Assembly: GCA_016930535.1 (NCBI GenBank)
Contig: JAFGGN010000037.1
Coordinates: 66,529-130,528, forward strand
Reading direction: 5' to 3'
Origin: a bacterium
GTDB taxonomy: Bacteria; Zhuqueibacterota; QNDG01; JAFGCO01
DNA: 64,000 bases
Shown: positions 60,661 through 64,000 of the stretch, piece by piece
Layout: the number at the start of each line of letters is the position of its first letter
Numbering within the stretch: position 1 is the stretch's first letter
Position numbers and translations under genes: made by a program
The notes under the pieces: model-generated
Database searches by the model: none
The model's input: the letters and a program-made list of their open reading frames with translations, nothing else
Told to the model about the DNA's origin: nothing

Positions 60661-60900
60661 GTGTCGGATCGTGAATCGGAGATAAGGAGAAACGGAGAAA
60701 AAGCAATGTTGAATTTCAAATGTTGAATGAAGAGAAAACCGCAGACGCAAAGACACAGAGATTTTAAAGAAGAGTAGAAGGGAAAAAACATCAGAATGTA
60801 AACGGTACAATTCTTTGGGGGTGGGTAGCGGCGCCCCATATACCCATATACGCGTCAACTCCTCTACCGTTTTTCGTGGTCCGCCGTCAGTGGTCTGATT

Positions 60901-60972
60901 CTTGTGTTTGGATTTTTGAATTTTGGATTTTGAGTTTATTTGTTCTTTGGGATTTGCTATTTGAGATTTTTC
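60901..60972. repeat. about 70-nt low-complexity direct repeat, copy R1 (T/G-rich on + strand, A/C-rich on - strand)
   Basis: About 70% identical to copy R2 at 61108..61173. Preceded by GGTCCGCCGTC (60879-60889) and followed by the degenerate copy ATGGTCCGAGGCCAG. Confidence 0.5.
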
Positions 60973-61107
60973 ATGGTCCGAGGCCAGTATTGCTTGACTC
61001 AACGACTCAAATGACCCAATGGAGCCAAAGACAGATTTATTCTCCGTTTCACCGTATCCCCGGTTCTCCGAGGCACTCAAGGTCTGCGGCCAGCCGTTTA
61101 CGTTGTC

Positions 61108-61173
61108 GATTTCGTTTGGAACTTGCTGTTTGTGATTTATTTGTTTTTTGGAATTTGATATTTGGAATTTTTC
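61108..61173. repeat. about 66-nt low-complexity direct repeat, copy R2
   Basis: Homologous to R1. Contains TTTGGAAtTT three times. Followed by GGTCCCGCGGTCCGCCGTC, the second exact copy of the 11-mer GGTCCGCCGTC (61187-61197). Confidence 0.5.
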
Positions 61174-61222
61174 TTGCGGTCCCGCGGTCCGCCGTCTGCC
61201 GTCCTATTAAAAAGCGGCCGTC

Positions 61223-62014
61223 TCACTCCTCCTGATGCACGTATTCTTTCCAGGACAGAAGAGACACGGTGATAAAATGAAAGATCCCCGACAGGACGAC
61301 AAGGACCAGAATGGCCTTCCACACGGCGGCCGATGCGGTCGTGGACCTGAGCAGGCTGAACAGATTGCCCGTCGTGGTTTTTTCTTTAAACGGAAAGAGA
61401 CTGTTCAGATAATAGATCAGCGTAGTATACCGCAGGCTTCCCGGTATGGAACCCACGATCTTCTCCCAGCCGAACGTGAATAAAAGCGAGGTCATTACCG
61501 GTTTCCGGATGGCGCCTCCGATTGTACTGAACAGCGACACATAGGCAAAACTGCCCAATATCAGGACGAAAACAGCCGCAATCAAATCCCCTGCACTGCA
61601 TACGGCTGCCAATCCCTCGTCCAGTCCGGCCAGCAGATAAGTCATGGTCAGGGAGACAGTCAGAATCAGGGCGAGGAGTACATCGCTGGCGAGTGTCTTT
61701 GCCAGGATGATCTGCCAGCGCGGTACGGGACGGACCAGCAGGTAGGGCAAGGTCCCGGATTCCACTTCATCGATGATGACCGATGTGCCGATAAATACGG
61801 CCATCAGCGGCATAAGAAAATGCAGGTACATTGAAAAGGCCATTTTTGAAAACATGCCCGCAATGGAAAAATCCTCGAGAATGCCGAACAGTTTCAGTAT
61901 GTACAGTATCATGACGGAAAACACCGGAATCATACCAAGAAGCCCCATCCACAGCATGCGCCGGCTTCTGATAAAACACTTGAAAAAAAACTGGGCCAGG
62001 GACAGCATGGTCAA
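61223..62014 (-). CDS. ABC-2 family transporter permease
   Basis: 263 aa. Six TM helices. 4-nt overlap with the upstream ATPase gene. Confidence 0.65.
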   Translation of the reverse strand: MTMLSLAQFFFKCFIRSRRMLWMGLLGMIPVFSVMILYILKLFGILEDFSIAGMFSKMAFSMYLHFLMPLMAVFIGTSVIIDEVESGTLPYLLVRPVPRWQIILAKTLASDVLLALILTVSLTMTYLLAGLDEGLAAVCSAGDLIAAVFVLILGSFAYVSLFSTIGGAIRKPVMTSLLFTFGWEKIVGSIPGSLRYTTLIYYLNSLFPFKEKTTTGNLFSLLRSTTASAAVWKAILVLVVLSGIFHFITVSLLSWKEYVHQEE

Positions 62015-62931
62015 CCTCCCACCAGATAATCGAAAATCGCCGCAAGGTTCTCATCGGGAGACCAGATCGAAGTGATTTTCAGCTTTTCGCTGAGCGCAAG
62101 CTCCGGAAGCCGCTGATGAAACACGTCCGGCTGATTCGTTTCGACCGTCACCTGGCTTTTTTCCCTGTCGAACTGCACGCTGAGCACATCCTCGAACGAC
62201 ATCAGACTGGCTGTCAGCCGGTCCACCTGATCGCACCGGATGGTCACCTGAAGCGGATGTGAATCGATCAGCTTCCGGATATCATAAATGGTTCCCTGGG
62301 CCAGAAGCCGCCCATGATTGATCAAAAGAATATTATCCGTCATGCTTTCCACTTCATGCAGAATATGGCTGGAGACGACCACGATTTTACCTTTTCTTCC
62401 CAGATCCTTGATCAGTTCCATGATCAGATGGCGGCCCATGGGATCCAGACCGTTCAGCGGTTCGTCCAGAAACAGCACATCCGGATCATGCGCAATCGCC
62501 TGGGCAAGCTTGATACGCTGGCGCATGCCCTTGCTGTAGCTTCCGATGCGCCGGTCCTGATCTTTCTCCATATTGACGAGGCGTATGGCGGAGTCCGCTT
62601 TTCCCCGGGCCTCTTCCTGAGCACATCCGTGCATGCGGACCAGGGCGGTCACAAAATCCCGTCCTGTCAGGTATTGCCAGAATGCATCCTGCTCCGGACA
62701 GTACCCGATGCGCCGCATCAGGGCGTGATTGTCCCAGATCGCCTCTCCGTCCACGGTCAGTGTGCCCTGGCTCGGTTTGAGCTGTCCGATCAGCATGCGC
62801 ATGAGCGTGGTTTTGCCGGCGCCGTTCGGCCCCAGAAAACCGGTCACGCCGGGATCGATGGAAAAGGTCAGATTGTTGACCGCGATCACCTGGCCGTACC
62901 ATTTGCTCAGATCGAAAACATTGATGATCAT
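62011..62931 (-). CDS. ABC transporter ATP-binding protein
   Basis: Walker A GPNGAGKTT, ABC signature YSKGMRQR, Walker B VLFLDEP and an H-loop. The start was moved to MIINVFDLSKWYG, which gives ATGA coupling to the upstream permease gene. The ORF track start at 63018 is inside the neighbouring gene. Confidence 0.8.
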   Translation of the reverse strand: MIINVFDLSKWYGQVIAVNNLTFSIDPGVTGFLGPNGAGKTTLMRMLIGQLKPSQGTLTVDGEAIWDNHALMRRIGYCPEQDAFWQYLTGRDFVTALVRMHGCAQEEARGKADSAIRLVNMEKDQDRRIGSYSKGMRQRIKLAQAIAHDPDVLFLDEPLNGLDPMGRHLIMELIKDLGRKGKIVVVSSHILHEVESMTDNILLINHGRLLAQGTIYDIRKLIDSHPLQVTIRCDQVDRLTASLMSFEDVLSVQFDREKSQVTVETNQPDVFHQRLPELALSEKLKITSIWSPDENLAAIFDYLVGG

Positions 62932-63773
62932 GTGACCACCTCGCTCGGCCGGACGCGCCACCTGAGTACGCCCAGACACAGCAGCACGCATCCCAGAAGC
63001 ACGAGCCCTGCTTCCCAAACCGGATATTCATACGGCAGTTCCAGTCCAAAGATCGCGGCGGCCACCTGTTTGATGTTTGCGGCCAGCGAAAATAGCCCGA
63101 CCTCGGGAATGCCCGAAAGAATCTTGCGTACAATATCGGGAAACAGCAGTATCGCAAAAAAGAAGATGCCGGCTGACCGGCCCGAAAACAGGGCCGACAA
63201 CGCCAGAATCAGGCTGCCGAATACCAGAAGCGCAATCAGTCCGAGCCCAATGATGGCAAAGGGGATCCAGAAAAAAGACCGGAGAAACGAGGCGTTCTCG
63301 GCAAGCAGCACCTGCAATAAGAACAGAATCAGGCCCGGAACGAAAGTGATGACGCTTCCGAAAAAACCGACGGTCATAAATTTGCCCGCAATATAGTCCC
63401 AGTAGGTGACGGGTTTGGAGAAATACAGATAGTTGGCCCTGTACTTCTGATCATTGGCAATGAGCCCGGCCCCTGTGAGATAAATCATCAGGATGAACCA
63501 GAACGACTGCCCAAGCATGAAATCCTTGAAAAATTTCGCATCGATTTCCAGGTCCTTCGCAAACTGGGACAGGAGATCGAAATCCTGCAGGCGCGTCATG
63601 GCCAGTATCTGAAGTGCCCTGACGAGAAAAGGAAAGGCAGCCAGAATCAGCAGCGCAATCACGCCCCGCTTCCACCGGAGGCGTACATGGGTTTTGGCGA
63701 TCACGTACCAGGCGCGCGGAACCGGCAGCAGCCTTCCCTTCCAGGGACGGTAATTCATATCAAAAACCGGCAT
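62928..63773 (-). CDS. ABC-2 family transporter permease
   Basis: Start set to ATG 63773 (MPVFDMNYRPWKG) with a GGAGG RBS. Six TM helices. Confidence 0.6.
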   Translation of the reverse strand: MPVFDMNYRPWKGRLLPVPRAWYVIAKTHVRLRWKRGVIALLILAAFPFLVRALQILAMTRLQDFDLLSQFAKDLEIDAKFFKDFMLGQSFWFILMIYLTGAGLIANDQKYRANYLYFSKPVTYWDYIAGKFMTVGFFGSVITFVPGLILFLLQVLLAENASFLRSFFWIPFAIIGLGLIALLVFGSLILALSALFSGRSAGIFFFAILLFPDIVRKILSGIPEVGLFSLAANIKQVAAAIFGLELPYEYPVWEAGLVLLGCVLLCLGVLRWRVRPSEVVT

Positions 63774-64000
63774 GATCGCCTCCCACCCGTTTGACGAACA
63801 CTTCTTCCAGGGTCTGTATGCTCGGGACCATTTTACGAAGCGTGACACCGGTCTTTTGGACGGTCTTTAAAATCAGTTCCGAATTCGCTTTGGCGGGCAG
63901 ACGGACATCCATGAGCTGGCGGTCCTCACCAAGCAGCGTACAGCCCTGTTCAACGAGCGCCTTCTGGAATGTTGTCTTGTCCCCTTCGATCCGGATGGTC
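63759..64000 (-). CDS. ABC transporter ATP-binding protein, C-terminal fragment (gene continues beyond the window)
   Basis: The minus-strand frame reads …TIRIEGDKTTFQKALVEQGCTLLGEDRQLMDVRLPAKANSELILKTVQKTGVTLRKMVPSIQTLEEVFVKRVGGDHAGF*. This looks like the C-terminal regulatory extension of an ABC-2 type ATPase. It overlaps the downstream permease start by 14 nt. Confidence 0.4.

Noticed and set aside
60574-61080. 168-aa ORF on the minus strand inside the long rnr upstream region
   Set aside because: Its translation is extremely low complexity (runs of K/S/Q, then an L/F/S-rich stretch) and it is built on the repeat families. There is no RBS, and it spans elements that look non-coding. Treated as a spurious ORF.
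60601-61200. Possible CRISPR array, suggested by the multiple short direct repeats
   Set aside because: The repeats are of different lengths (9, 8, about 70 and 11 nt) and lie irregularly, without uniform spacers. No cas genes are nearby, so this is not a CRISPR.
62486-63157. 223-aa alternative-frame ORF across the ABC ATPase and permease junction
   Set aside because: It is out of frame with the Walker A, signature and Walker B motifs, which are all present in the called ATPase frame.
1-64000. tRNA, rRNA or tmRNA genes
   Set aside because: Visual scanning of the intergenic regions found no T-loop-like GGTTCGAATCC-type motifs or cloverleaf-compatible segments. The intergenic regions are mostly short. 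None is reported, although a computational scan with tRNAscan or Infernal would be definitive.

Overview
This 64 kb window looks like a chromosomal segment from a Gram-negative bacterium, probably a member of the FCB group, that uses a type IX secretion system (T9SS). Seven predicted proteins end in the conserved T9SS C-terminal sorting domain (…NYPNPFNP…, Por_Secre_tail type). Housekeeping genes (prmA, folC, glgP-like phosphorylase, priA, argS, rsfS, rnr) are interspersed with several accessory blocks:

- A tightly coupled surface-glycan operon on the minus strand: TPR protein, DUF4292-like lipoprotein, one GT2 and three GT4 glycosyltransferases, a Wzx-type flippase, a YfhO-like membrane protein and an orphan sensor kinase.
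- A three-gene mglB-mglA-roadblock small-GTPase polarity module, located just downstream of a metallophosphoesterase gene.
- A kinase / YjbQ / MtnA-like isomerase / secreted phosphatase operon that resembles a pentose-phosphate salvage pathway.
- A ~22 kb run of very large T9SS cargo genes. These carry SGNH esterase, CARDB, beta-helix, divergent InlB B-repeat, Big, FN3, dockerin-like and M1 peptidase modules.
- A ~760 bp strand-asymmetric, low-complexity intergenic region full of short repeats upstream of rnr.
- Two consecutive ABC-2 ATPase/permease pairs at the right edge of the window.

No rRNA, tRNA or CRISPR array was seen. Start codons were refined by eye where the ORF track began at an upstream non-canonical codon. 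All domain calls rest on recognised motifs and recalled family signatures, not on database searches.
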